A DNA stretch of 64,000 nucleotides from Eledone cirrhosa (lineage: Eukaryota), in contig OZ024749.1 of NCBI GenBank assembly GCA_964016885.1, positions 51,398,001 through 51,462,000 of the forward strand, given 5' to 3'. The position numbers were made by a program, and so were the translations under genes. The notes beneath the pieces were generated by a model, which saw nothing but the letters and a program-made list of their open reading frames with translations, had not been told where the DNA came from and made no database searches. This document shows, one piece after another, positions 42,765 to 57,500 of this stretch (within the stretch, counting starts at the first letter, position 1; each line of letters starts with the position of its first letter).

Positions 42765-43290
42765 CCCAGTCTGATGAGATTGATACAGATCATCTACCAT
42801 ACTCTGAACGCCTTGATTCCCTGGACATGGATACAATGAAGCTCCAATGTCAGGCAACTGACTTGGTAAACACTCACAAAATTATTAACCATCTTGCCAA
42901 CAACAACCCTGAGTACCCTTTTGATTTCCATGTGTCTAACACACGTGGGCATGCCCACAAAGTCAGAAAACAACACAGCTCCCATGACTTTCGGAAACAT
43001 TTTTTCACCACGCTCAGAGTTGCTGAAGCATGGAACAAACTACCTACATCAGTTGTTAGCTGTCGAAACACTGCATCCTTTAAAACCTCCATGCTTCCTG
43101 AAATTCGCCAGCACTGTACCTGATATCCACCCCACCCAACCTCCGTACACGTGCATGCATGTGTGTCGTGACTCATACACTGTTCATTTTCCTGACGTTT
43201 ATGCATTGTTCTGTGTACTATGCATCCACCTTTGATGAATTGTAGTGCACCTGAGCACTGTACACAATAATTTCATTATTATTATTATAT
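42765..43290 (+). mobile_element. CR1/L2-clade LINE 3' end (ORF2 C-terminus plus 3'UTR with (ATT)n tail)
   Basis: LPYSERLDSL...TRGHAHKVRKQHSSHDFRKHFF.LRVAEAWNKLP..VV....ASFK is the typical CR1 ORF2 C-terminus; followed by a 3'UTR and attattatt. Confidence 0.85.
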
Positions 43291-43299
43291 TATATTCAA

Positions 43300-43862
43300 G
43301 GGCGGTGAATTGGCAGTATCGGTAGAGGGTCGGACATGCTTCCCAGCATAGTTACGTCCCTTTACGATCTGAGTTCAAATCCTGCCGAGGTTAACTTTGC
43401 CTTTCATCCTTACGGGGTCGATAAAATAAAGTACCAGTAATGTACTGGATAATTGCTGGCCTTGTGCCTAAAATAGAAACAATTATTATTATATTCATAT
43501 CTACTTGAAGATTTGGTTGATCAAAAGTCCTTACTGAAATAATCCTTTTAATAATAAACACCAATAAAGACAGTTTTTTTCAGTCGACTTAATCGACTTT
43601 CCCCTCCCTACAAATTCCACCCCAAACAAAAAATATTGGCCGAGTGCCTAAATCTGAAAGCATTATTTAGTGGATTGGCAGTATCGGTAGAGGGTCGGAC
43701 ATGCTTTCCAGTGTAGTTACGTCCCTTTACGATCTGAGTTCAAATCCCGCCGAGGTTAACTTTGCCTTTGATCCTTACGGGTCGATAAAATAAAGTACCA
43801 GTAATTATACTGGTATACTGGGTAATTGCTGGCCTTGTGCCAAAAAGTAGAAACAATTATTT
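43300..43862 (+). mobile_element. SINE family 1, two full copies (43300-43488, 43670-43862) plus a fragment
   Basis: Consensus match; the first copy sits directly in the (ATT)n tail of the CR1 element. Confidence 0.8.
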
Positions 43863-43974
43863 AATTACAGTAAAAAGTGGGCACAGTTTGTTGGTTTACT
43901 ATTTTCCACTAGAACATTCTAGAACTCTTAGAAATGCCACAGTAATGTCACCTCTTATAGAGAATATAAACAAG

Positions 43975-44259
43975 CATGTATGTGTGTGTATATATATTGT
44001 CTGTCACTGTTGTGATATATGTGTGTGTGTATATATATGTGTGTGTCTGTCACTGTTGTGATATATGTGTGTGTGTATATATATGTGTGTGTCTGTCACT
44101 GTTGTGATATATGTGTGTGTGTATATATATGTGTGTGTCTGTCACTGTTGTGATATATGTGTGTGTGTGTATATATGTGTGTGTCTGTCACTGTTGTGAT
44201 ATGTGTGTATGTATATATATATGTGTGTGTCTGTCACTGTTGTGATATATGTGTGTATG

Positions 44260-44304
<45 letters not shown>

Positions 44305-45600
44305 CACTGTTGTGATATATGTGTGTATGTATGTATATATGTGTGTGTCTGTCACTGTTGTGATATGTGTGTATGTATATATATATATGTGTGTGTGTGT
44401 CACTGTTGTGATATATGTGTGTATGTATATATATATGTGTGTCACTGTTGTGATATATGTGTGTATGTATATATATATATGTGTGTGTCTGTCACTGTTG
44501 TGATATATGTGTGTATGTATATATATATGTGTGTCACTGTTGTGATATATGTGTGTATGTATATATATATATGTGTGTGTCTGTCACTGTTGTGATATAT
44601 GTGTGTATGTATATATATATGTGTGTCACTGTTGTGATATATGTGTGTATATATATATATGTGTGTGTCTGTCACTGTTGTGATATATGTGTATGTATAT
44701 ATATGTGTGTGTCTGTCACTGTTGTGATATATGTGTGTATGTATATATATATATATATGTGTGTGTGTATATATGTGTGTGTCTGTCACTGTTGTGATAT
44801 GTGTGTGTATGTATATATATATATGTGTGTGTGTGTCACTGTTTGATATATGTGTGTATGTATATATGTGTGTGTGTCACTGTTGTGTTATATGTGTGTA
44901 TGTATATATATGTGTGTGTCTGTCACTGTTATATGTGTGTGTCTGTCACTGTTATGATATATGTGTGTATGTGTTTTCATCAATGTTATATGTGTATGTA
45001 TATATGTGTGTCTGTCTCTGTTATGATGTGTGTGTATGTCTATGTGTGTCCAGTGTTATGTGTATATGTATATATGTGTCCATCAGTGTGTATGTATGCT
45101 TCCATCAGTATTGTGTGTGTATATGTATATGTATTTTCATCAGGGCTATATGTGTATGTATATATGTGTGACCATCAGTGCTATGTGTGTATGTATATAT
45201 GTGTGACCATCAGTGCTATGTGTGTATGTATATATGTGAGACCATCAGTGCTATGTATGTATGTATATATGTGTGACCATCAGTGCTATGTGTGTATGTA
45301 TATATGTGAGACCATCAGTGCTATGTATGTATGTATATATGTGTGACCATCAGTGCTATGTGTGTATGTATATATGTGAGACCATCAGTGCTATGTGTGT
45401 ATGTATATATGTGAGACCATCAGTGCTATGTGTGTATGTATATATGTGTGACCATCAGTGCTATGTGTGTATGTATATATGTGAGACCATCAGTGCTATG
45501 TATGTATGTATATATGTGTGACCATCAGTGTTATGTGTGTATGTATATGTGAGACCATCAGTGTTACATGTGTATGTATATATGTGTGACCATCAGTATT
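43975..45600. repeat. Compound minisatellite: gtcactgttgtgatat(TG/TA)n units grading into 35-bp gaccatcagtgctatg(TG/TA) units
   Basis: Direct tandem arrays. Confidence 0.9.
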
Positions 45601-45720
45601 ATATGTGTATGTATGTTTTCATCATGGTTATCAGCATCTAGATGTTTATATATGTATGTACATAAATATATATGTACAAGCATCTCTTTCAATCCAGTGT
45701 CTCTCTCTCTCTCTCTCTCT

Positions 45721-45811
<91 letters not shown>

Positions 45812-45870
45812 TATACAAAATGCATATATACATATAAATACATAGATATATAGATATATATATTTATATA

Positions 45871-45923
<53 letters not shown>

Positions 45924-46111
45924 GTATATGTAGTTGTGTGTTTTGTGTATATACCTTCATGTAGCTCTCTAGATGTTAGTGTGTGAGATTGTGTTGGGGT
46001 GGTTTATCATTTCAACTGCAGTTATTATATTAACCAACTAAATGTCAAATGTTTTACTTTGAAATGGAAATAACATTCATTTAATGTCTCCATCACCAAA
46101 AGAATTAACAT

Positions 46112-46200
<89 letters not shown>

Positions 46201-46696
46201 ACACACACATCTATCAATGAAACTTCAATATAAAGAATATATTTCTATCAGTTTGTGAAGAAATTCTTAGCTAATATTTCAAATTATCAACTATTGATAA
46301 ATTCTTCAATGTTTTATAGAAAAACTTTTTTTACCAATACTATTATTATTATTATTATTATTATTATTGTCATCATTAAACATGGCGAGAGAGAAAGAAA
46401 TTGAGAGGCATCGTCAGCTAAAAATGGCTGTATTGAATTACATCTCTTTACCTCCTAAATTTAAAGCCTTCTCATGTCAACAATGTGTTTCATCCTTCTG
46501 CGTGTTGGTAAAATAAGTCCTAGTCAAATACTGGGTCAATTTGTGTGTGTGTATATATATATATACATCCCTCCATCCATGTATCTAAATGTATATATAT
46601 TCACCCTCTATGTATATATATATATATATATATATACATCCCTCCATCCATTCATCTAAATGTATATATATTCACCCTCTATGTATATACATTCAT

Positions 46697-46734
<38 letters not shown>

Positions 46735-46952
46735 CCCTCCATCCATATATCTAAATGTATATATATATATATATACATGTGAACCTAATAAAGCTTTATT
46801 TGTCTGCCTCTCTGTTTTGTTCCCGTCTAAATTTGCACTATATATATATATATATATATACACACACAAAAATTTAAGGGATCATAACATAGCAATCATG
46901 TATATTTGTGTTTCTCAATGGAAAAGCTCAATGGACATATATAGGTATTTGT

Positions 46953-47372
46953 ATGTCGTTTAGGTGCCATGATAAAAAGTACCCAGTCCACACTGTAAAG
47001 TGGTCGTTTAGGTGCCATGATAAAAAGTACCCAGTCCACACTGTAAAGTGGTCGTTTAGGTGCCATGATAAAAAGTACCCAGTCCACACTGTACAGTGGT
47101 CGTTTAGGTGCCATGATAAAAAGTACACAATCCACACTGTATAGTAGTCGTTTAGGTGCCATGATAAAAAGTACCCAGTCCACACTGTAAAGTGGTCGTT
47201 TAGGTGCCATGATCAAAAGTACCCAGTCCACACTGTATAGTGGTTGTTTTGGTGCCATCATAAAAAGTACACAATCCACACTGTATAGTGGTTGTTTAGG
47301 TGCCATGATAAAAAGTACACAATGTATAGTGGTCGTTTTGGTGCCATCATAAAAAGTACACAATCCACACTA
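46953..47372 (+). repeat. 48-bp tandem repeat (~8.5 units) inside an RTE-tailed SINE that continues to ~47555
   Basis: gtcgtttaggtgccatgataaaaagtacccagtccacactgtaaagtg repeats, then ...ttggtgctaggaagggtatgcagcc...aacccat...(gat)n. Confidence 0.85.
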
Positions 47373-50179
47373 TAAATAAAGTTGGTGCTAGGAAGGGTAT
47401 GCAGCCATAGAAATCAAGCCAAAATCAGTTCTGTATGAGCAAAACATAGTCATCTAATCTGGCTTATCTCACATCAGGACAACTCATCTAACCCATATTG
47501 GTGTGGTAAAATGAACATTAAACTGTGATAATATTGATATTGATGATGATGATGATAAGTAAGTCATTAATGTGGTGAAGAAAAAGTTTGCAAGATATAA
47601 CTGCAACATCCCATGATGCATCAGAACAAGCTACATCAGAACAAGCTGCATTGGTGCAGGCTGCAAAGTTTCCATCTAAAAAAATGAAAGACAGATGCTA
47701 GAAGAAGTGGTTATATTAACTTTCTCATGACTATATCTCTAATGAAATACACTCCACTTCAATTAATTAATAAAATATTTTGAAGGATTTACTTTTAGTA
47801 AATCCTTCAAAATGTTTTATTAATTATTTCATCATCATCATCATCATCATCATCATCGGTTTTATGTGCGCTTTTCCATGCTTGCATGATGGACACATAT
47901 ATACAAACACACATAACACCGATGGACACACATAGATATACACTCATAATTTTGGCTGGGGTTTACTGACTGGATGCCCTTCCTATCACCAACCACTTTA
48001 CAGCAAGGACTAAGCACATTGTTCGTGCCACCAGCACAAGAGAGGTTGTCTTACTAGGATAAAAACTTTCATATGTAGTTCTTATATAAAATTATGTGTA
48101 TATATATGCATATATATGTTCACATATGTATGTATGCATATGCATATGTGTATATGTATGTATGCATATGTATGTCTATCTATGTATGTATGCATATATA
48201 TGTATATATCTATGCATATATATGTATATATCTATGCATATATATGTAAGTGTGAGTGTACAATTTATTCTTACATAACTTCTTGATAAAAAAATATTAT
48301 AAGAATCCTAGTTTTACAAATCCACCAATTTTTTTTTTTATTCCATTTATAAAAAAAAAATGGAGTCTGTTTTAAAATAGACGAAGAAATATGTAAATGG
48401 CAATAATAATAGTAATGATAACGGTGTTACATCATAGCCCTTAGTTCATCTCTCTACCAACAGTAGAGAGTTTACTTCGAAGAATCAACTCTGGGATGTG
48501 AAGTATTAAATTACTTCCACATCTCTTCTTGTTTATTTTAGGGATTTTTTGTTTGCTTTCCTTTTATTTTTTCTGTCCTCTTTCCGTTTTTTTTTCGTTT
48601 TTTTTTTCTTTTTCTTTTTGGGTATTTTTTTTCGGAGGGGGGGGGGGTTGTTAAAGCGACATCCAAATATAGTAACAAACGTGCAAATAGAGATGAGGTC
48701 ATTTTTTTAATATATTTTTTGGTCAGAATATTTCATCTCCACACACACACACATACACACATGACTGTACTCTAGTACATACATAATACATGGGTGTGGT
48801 ACTGTTGTACCAGTGGGTGTTGCCTATAGGAGAAGGAGGAGGCGAAGGAAAGAGGCAAAGAAGACGGCAAGGAAGAAGATGAAGGCAAAGAAGACGGCAA
48901 AGAAGAAGAAAACAAAATGTCTGAAACTGAAGCAGTTTTCTTTAAAATGACGTCTGTGGGATGTTACAATAAATGTCTGAGACAGTTCTTCAGAAAAAAA
49001 AGAAAAAAAAAGAAGTAAACCAACCAACATTTGTCTGTGGGATGGTAATTCTTTGACATCAATTCTTCAGCTATATAGACATTACTCATTCCAGTCACCC
49101 CAGCTGACTCAGTCTGTTGACAAGGTTATTTGCCTATCCTGGGCCCGTGGGTGGAAATGTGAGAATTCTGGGAAACTAACTTTGTATATTAAATTTAAAC
49201 TATATCTATATCTTTATAGTTTTGGTTACTTGTTTGGTTGTTGTTGGTGGTGGTGGTGGGTTTTCTTTTTAAATCAAGCAGCTGTGCTTGTCTATATATT
49301 TCTATATATATAGATGAATGTTTGTTTATATATATACACACACACACACATATATATACACACATATATATAATCATATGCTTATATAGACATATATATA
49401 TAAATACACATATATATATATATATATATAAGTACATATGAGACTTATGCGACTCCATCAAGCGTTAAACTAATATACCATAGATGTATTATATTGTTCA
49501 CTTGAGGGAGCCAGTTTAGTTGGCCACCACTCAACCATGAAGTAGGTTGTACTGGATTACATGGTACCAGTAGCCAGCAGAACCCTGACCTGACCTGAGT
49601 TTTTAGACTATCACAATTTAATTGTCCAATTTCAATGTCCTAATCTATCCATCTCCTCCCCACACTAGACATTTCTTTGTTTGTCAAACTTGCCAAAGAC
49701 TTTTAAGATGGAAATCTTATTCATGGTTAACATTACATTTAAAATTCTTCATTTCATAATTAGAATAATATACAAATGTCAGGGAAGTGAATATATAAAG
49801 TTGTATCAATTAATTATATTGCTTCCTTGGTATTGGTGTTGGTAGTGTTTGTCACTCTACTTATATTGCAGTTTCATTTTGAAATATGTGTGGACTGTGT
49901 GTGTGTGTACATGCATATATGTATGTGCATGCATATGTGTGTGTATATGTATCCATATATGAGAGTCAGCTGAAAAGTTTATAGTCTGACCAAGATACTC
50001 TCATGGAATGACCAACTGAGGTTTATTTTTCAATATAGTTCCTGGAAAGAAACAATGCAGTTACTAATAAGAAGAGATGAAATTAATGCATGCAAGATTT
50101 CACAGCTCTAGCATCAATCCTTCATAGTCAGCCTATCAGAACTTCTCAACTGACTCTCATGTGTGCATATGTGAGTGTT

Positions 50180-51787
50180 TATAGTATAAAATCGTTAGAG
50201 AATACTATAGAACCCTAATAGTATTGTATCAAGTTCTTATAGTATACTATGTATGTAATCCTTATAGTACAGTATCAAATCTTTATAGTATAGTATCAAG
50301 TTCTTATAGTACAGTATCAAGTTATTATAGTTTACTATAGACTCCTTATAGTACAGTATCAAGTTATTATAGTTTACTATAGACTCCTTATAGTGCAGTA
50401 TCAAGTTATTATAGTTTACTATAGACTCCTTATAGTACAGTATCAAGTTATTATAGTTTACTATAGGCTCCTTATAGTATAGTATCAAGTTGTAGTATAC
50501 TATAGAATCCTTATAGTACAGTATCAAGTTATAGTATACTATAGAATCCTTGTATTATAGTGTCAAGCTGTTATATTATACAATATACTCCTCATAGTAC
50601 AGTATCAAGTTGTTATAGTATACTATAGACTCCTCATAGTATAGAATCAGTTGCTATAGTATACTTTAGACTCCTCATAGTATAGAATCAGTTGTTATAG
50701 TATACTTTAGACTCCTCATAGTATAGTATCAGTTGTTATAGTATACTTTAGGCTCCTCGTAGTATAGTATCAGTTGTTATAATATACTATAGACTCCTCA
50801 TAGTATAGTATCAAGTTGTTATAGTATACTATAGGCTCCTCATAGTATAGTATCAAGTTGTTATAGTATACTATAGACTCCTCATAGTATAGTATCAAGT
50901 TGTTATAGTATACTATAGGCTCCTCATAATATAGTATCAAGTTGTTATAGTATACTTTAGGCTCCTCGTAGTATAGTATCAGTTGTTATAGTATACTATA
51001 GACTCCTCATAGTATAGTATCAGTTGTTATAGTATACTATAGGCTCCTCATAGTATAGTATCAAGTTGTTATAGTATACTATAGGCTCCTCATAGTATAG
51101 TATCAAGTTGTTATAGTATACTATAGGCTCCTCATAGTATAGTATCAAGTTGTTATAGTATACTATAGGCTCCTCATAGTATAGTATCAAGTTGTTATAG
51201 TATACTATAGGCTCCTCATAGTATAGTATCAAGTTGTTATAGTATACTATAGGCTCCTCATAGTATAGTATCAAGTTGTTATAGTATACTATAGGCTCCT
51301 CATAGTATAGTATCAAGTTGTTATAGTATACTATAGGCTCCTCATAGTATAGTATCAAGTTATTATAGTATACTATAGACTCCTCATAGTATAGAATCAG
51401 TTGTTATAGTATACTTTAGGCTCCTCGTAGTATAGTATCAGTTGTTATAGTATACTATAGGCTCCTCATAGTATAGTATCAAGTTGTTATAGTATACTAT
51501 AGGCTCCTCATAGTATAGTATCAAGTTGTTATAGTATACTATAGGCTCCTCATAGTATAGTATCAAGTTGTTATAGTATACTATAGGCTCCTCATAGTAT
51601 AGTATCAAGTTGTTATAGTATACTATAGGCTCCTCATAGTATAGTATCAAGTTGTTATAGTATACTATAGACTCCTCATAGTATAGAATCAGTTGTTATA
51701 GTATACTATAGGCTCCTCGTAGTATAGTATCAGTTGTTATAGTATACTATAGGCTCCTCATAGTATAGTATCAAGTTGTTATAGTAT
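50180..51787. repeat. 42-bp minisatellite (tagtatactataggctcctcatagtatagtatcaagttgtta), ~38 units
   Basis: Direct array, homogeneous at the 3' end and degenerate at the 5' end. Confidence 0.95.
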
Positions 51788-51883
51788 GGAGGATGTATAA
51801 GTATTAATTCATTTGTCTGCAGTCATTCAGCAATATATCTCACCATACACATTCTTTCCTTTGCTTCCTTCCGCCATAGCCAA

Positions 51884-52008
<125 letters not shown>

Positions 52009-52520
52009 AGCAAAAGGGATATTCAATTTGTTAGTAATTCATTTATTTAATATCATTGAATATATATATGTATATATATATATACATATAAAAAAAAATG
52101 AATCATATATATATATACATATATATACATATATGTGTGTGTGTATATATATATATGTATATATATATATGTGTGTGTGTGTATATATATATAGAGAGAG
52201 AGGGAGAGATCCCTCTCTAATGCTTTCTGTCAGTGCCTTTTTGTCAACATATTCCCATTTCTCTCCCTCTCTGACCCCTATCAAATCTCTGCCCTCTCCC
52301 TTCCAGCCCCCCCCCCCCCTCCGTCTCGCTTCCTTCTTCTCAACATCTCCACATTTTCCACTCCCCTTTCATTTTCTCATATTTCTCCCCTGCTATACTA
52401 TTTCTCTCTCTATGTATATATATGTATATATTATATATATATGTGTGTGTGTGTATATATATACACATATATATATATATATACACACACGCACACATAC
52501 ATATATATATATATATATAT

Positions 52521-52707
<187 letters not shown>

Positions 52708-52852
52708 CACACATACATATATATATATATATGTGTGTATATATATATCTATATCCAGAGAAAACCAGTCACAGCCCACATCTGTTTCACTTCCTCCCTT
52801 ACAGCCCACATCTCTTCTTCACATTCCAAGAATTAGGATTCTTCTTCTTCTT

Positions 52853-52885
<33 letters not shown>

Positions 52886-53024
52886 AAAGATAACAATCTA
52901 GAAAGGAAATTGCAGACTTTCACACTTTACTGTCATAGAGGCTATCGTGGAGGGGAGGGGAGGGTAAAAGAATAAAGACATTGAGCAACAAGTAGATTAA
53001 AGCTCATACACACAACCAAATAGA

Positions 53025-53056
<32 letters not shown>

Positions 53057-53060
<4 letters not shown>

Positions 53061-53264
53061 AACCAGTAAGACCCCGACAGCTGAGCTCAAGCCGTTTCGA
53101 CGGCTAATTCTTTTTTTTTTTTTTTTTAGTCCAGAATTAGCCGTCGAAACGGCTTGAGCTCAGCTGTCGGGGTCTTACTGGTTCCTATTACCCACTCTAC
53201 TACCTCAAGTATTGAGTACTTTGGTGCGTTATGGTCCACCTGGTTCCTTACCACATTTCCTTCG

Positions 53265-53266
<2 letters not shown>
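53057..53266 (+). mobile_element. Fold-back hairpin element family A, copy 4
   Basis: Near-identical copy inside (TA)n; loop partly replaced by poly-T. Confidence 0.75.
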
Positions 53267-53336
<70 letters not shown>

Positions 53337-54416
53337 ATATATATATATATAGGAACTAAAATTTATGAGAGATATATTTTAACTTTAATTATATCTCATA
53401 TAAAATAATACAACTGGCTTTCCACAAAATACATATGTATTCTACAGGATCCATAGTAGATGGTTGCTTATAATAGAACCCTTTCTTTCTCTCTCTGGAA
53501 GGCGTGTCTGAGGAGTCTGCCTGACATCCCCACTACCACCATCCCCACTACCACCTTCTCAGGAATAAGTGGGTGAAGAAGAAGAAAACTATAAACTATC
53601 TCTAGATAATTCAGATATAGGTTGACATTCACTATAATCCTTAATAAAAAGTGACATTACCATCTGTTTTCATTCATTCATACTTATTATATCGTGACAT
53701 CTATTCCTCATTCTTGGAGAGTTATCAGAATATATTTGGAGGGAAACTCTTTGTAAACATAATGGTTATTTAGTGTGAGACAACAATGGAAGCATTAAAA
53801 AAATATTTGATGTTGCTTCAATTTTTATTTTTTTCAATTTTGGGCGGAGGGGAGGGGGTTGTAGTGAGGGGTAGTGAAAGAACTTTCCATATCAGACATT
53901 TCAAGAATTTAAACATCAATTCTATAATTTGATTAATTTTTATTAATTTATCTCAGAAAGGGCACCCCACTGTAAAAACCACGCCACCAAAACCATTAAA
54001 AGGGCTCTTCAATCTGACAACCTCTTAAGTGTCGGTGATTGCTGATCAGTAATCTACATGGATAAACACACCCAGTACACACACTGTAGAGTGGTTGGTG
54101 ATAAGAATGTCAGCTGTTGAAAACCTGATAAATAAAGGGTCGGGTAGACTTTTCAGTTGTGTTAAAGACATGACTTACTCCCCCTAGTGCTGGTGCCATC
54201 ACAAAATGCACTCAGTGGAATGTCGGAACATATGTCAGATGCCCCCTAAGGCCCATCTGAGATAGTCAGTACATCCATTTGAGGACTGACTTGGTTTGGG
54301 AAGACCCATCAAACCCTTGCTAGCAGAGAAGACAGATGTTAAATAATCATGGTGGTGGTAGTGGTGCTGGTGCTGGTGGTGATGATGATGATGATTTCTT
54401 ACATTTCTTTAGGCTA

Positions 54417-54958
54417 TTAACCCTTTAGCATTTAAACCGGCTGCATCCAACCAGAATTCTCTCACCTCTTTCTATTCAAACCAGCCATAACTAGCCACTC
54501 ATACTGATGTTAAAGTATTATTCTCAAAATGAATAATATCAAAATCTTGTAGATTCGATATTATGTGAGGTAAAGCCTTTAACGTGAAAATACAATAGTA
54601 TATATAGAGTAATCATCATCATCATCACCATTTACGTCCGCTTTTCCCTGCTTGCAAGGGTGGGATGGGTCCCATTCAGCACAACATCTCTCCACTTGTC
54701 ATGGTCCTTCGCCATCTCCTCTGTGAGCTTCAGCGATCTGAGGTTTGCTCTCACCACCTCCGCCCATGTTTTTCGTGGTCTTCCTCTACTGCATCTTCCT
54801 TCCAGCGGGATTTCTTGGCACTTATTTACCCAGTATCACATGTCCATACCATCGCAGTCTTCTCTCCCGCACACCACAACTTATCCCTCTTATACACAAT
54901 TTCTCTCTCAACTCATCTTTGCTTGGTCGTTCACTCAATGTAAATGTTAAAGGATTAA
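54417..54958. mobile_element. piggyBac-like MITE split by an RTE fragment (partial copy also at 38509-38695)
   Basis: Left part 54417-54613, right part 54937-54958. Confidence 0.8.
54614..54936 (-). mobile_element. RTE-clade LINE 3' fragment inserted into a piggyBac-like MITE
   Basis: Homologous to 8228-8560, ends in a ...gcggacgtaaa(tga)n tail. The interrupted MITE resumes at ~54937. Confidence 0.8.
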
Positions 54959-56989
54959 GGTATTACAAAGCCTATCCCTTCCTCAGTAATTCTTCACAAC
55001 AGAAAAGTGACAGCTTTGGGAAATAGTCCCTATATAGAGATAGTATTTAATTGACCTAGTCGCTGAGCTGTTATGCAAAGGAGGATAAAATATTATATAC
55101 TGTACTTGTTTTACAACATTTGACTTGAAGTAATAAATTTAAATTTCTAATAAGTGATTAACAAGAATAGAACGTAACTCCTTTATTCTTCTTCAATAAC
55201 GTCTGCCGTGTGTAACAATTAATAAAAGAAAACAAAACAACAATACAACAAAAGAGAGGAAAGGGAGGAAAAGGGCAAAGGTTGTAAAGCTATGGGGAGA
55301 GGGTGACAGACTCTACACCTGAGTCAGAGTGGTGTTTCAGCTGTGTCCCCTATCTACCAGTCACAACTCCTAGCAGAAATATAACAAATAGAAACTGCTA
55401 ATGTAACCAAATCATGCTACTTGTTCTATAACCAGCTCTCTATCATATAAATCTACCACTATCCAGCTCATTTATCACTGAACTAAGCTCTCTATCATAT
55501 AAATCTACCACCATCCAGCTCATTTATCACTGAACTAAGCTCTCTATTATATAAATCTACCACTATCCAGCTCATTTATCACTGAAAGAAGCTGTGAGGC
55601 TGTTTCTTAACTGTTTACACTTTTGTAAGCGGAAACATCTCAGATTTCTTCATGTAATTTTTGTATCTTTCTCTGACCAGCTTGACTCCCTCCCTAGATG
55701 TAATTGTTAACACTACTACTGGTCAATTTACTTTTTATCTTATTTTCCGCTATGATATTAGTGTAAACAGAATGAATATTGTTTAGACTAAGTTTTGAGT
55801 AGGAAATTAATATCTTTCAATTTCTTCAACTAACAACTGGCAGCCATTTTTTTTAGAGACAGTGTGAGGATGCAGAAGGCAAAATATTTGGTGATGGGAG
55901 ATGGTGGTTGCAATTTTTTGCTTGAGTCTACTCCATATTGTCTCACTTATGATTCATTTTTTACTCCCCTTACATTGGTGCTGCTCTACCCCCACTTACA
56001 TTGGTGCTGCTCAGGACCAACAAACGACCACCCAGTAAGAGAAATAACTAAACAAACAAAGATATAAAATTAAAATAAAACACTAGTCTAGTTTGTTTTA
56101 TAAATGTAATGTGTTTCAAGGCACTGTTTTTGTCAAAATTCCGTGGGTTTTTTTGTGGGGTTTTTTTTTTCTCTATTTTACATGCTCTGATTTAAGCAAA
56201 AACAGAACCAGTTTGTTATGGTGTAACCAGTTTGTTATGGTGTAACCAGTTTCTATATAGCCTTCTGTCTTTCAATTGTCTATATCAGCAAATACCAAAA
56301 TACCAGACCAAATATGGGTCAAAATTTAAACCTCAAGAAATGTTGTTTTCAGTGCACACATTTTTGCATTATATTGTAAAATTGCATTTGTTTTTGCTGC
56401 TGGGTGTATGTGTGTATGTAAGTGAGTGTGTGTATGTGTGTGTGTGTGTGTTTAATTGTGTAATTGTGTGTGTATGTTTATATGTAATGTACAATAAATT
56501 GTGTGTGTGCATATAAATATGTATGTTCACATAATTCTGTGCGTGATTATAAATATATGTGTATGTCCACATAATTGTATGTGTGAATATAAATGTGTGT
56601 GTTTGTGCATATAATTGTGTGTGTGTGAGTGTGCATATGTGTGTGTGTGTATATATATAATTGTGTGTGTGTGCATATAATTGTGTATGTGTGAGTGTGC
56701 ATATAAAGGTGTGTTTATATTTATATATAATTTGTATGTATTAGATTAAAGTCTATATCCATACCTATCTGGTGGGGGGGGGGGGTCATTTACTTTTGGC
56801 AATAATGTGTGAAATTTATCAAATTAGCTAATTCTTTCTTTATTTCTAACTGTTTGAGACTAGATTCGTTTACACATGTCGTTCAGTGCATTAGTTCAAG
56901 TTTTGCAGATCTTGCACCATGTGCATTAGTCCAAGCTTATAACACATGGCAGCTGTTTGCAATATATACTTATAGTGCACTAGCTGCGA

Positions 56990-57500
56990 TGTTATAAGCT
57001 TCTACTGGGTGCATTTCTCATGTAGATCACTAACACTAGGAAAGCTGTCATGTCGTTGACTCAAACTGAAATATCCTCCTAATATTTTGTTTAAAGCTTT
57101 CTACAACTGGATGCCCTTTCTCCCGCTAACCACTTCACATGTACTGGGTGCATTTATGATGTAGATCACCAACATTAAGGGACTGCCTTGACCTGACTGA
57201 AGGATCTTCTCAACCCTCTGTTTGGCAAGCTTTCTACAGCTGGATGCCCTTTCTCCTGCCAACCACTTTACAGCATGTACTGAGTGCTTTTATGATGTAG
57301 ATCGCCAGCACTAGAGAGACTCATGTCTTTGACCTGCCTGAAGGATCTTCCCAACATTTTGTTTGGAAAGCTTTCTATGACTGGATGCCCTTTCTATCGC
57401 CAACCACTTCACAGCATGTACTGAGAGCATTTATGATGTAGATTGCCAGCACTAGGAAGGCTGTCATGTCCTTGACACAACAGAAGAGTCCTCCTAATTC
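56990..57500. repeat. ~128-bp diverged tandem repeat (4 units) derived from a SINE body
   Basis: aagctttctac..ctggatgccctttctc..gccaaccactt.acagcatgtactg units. Confidence 0.75.

Noticed and set aside
46382-46540. aaacATGGCG start with a short ORF
   Set aside because: Runs into a decayed SINE core (tttcatcctt...ggtaaaataag); likely an old SINE.
50237-51650. Repetitive LILYYEEPIVYYNN ORFs
   Set aside because: By-product of a 42-bp minisatellite; frame broken by 41-bp units.
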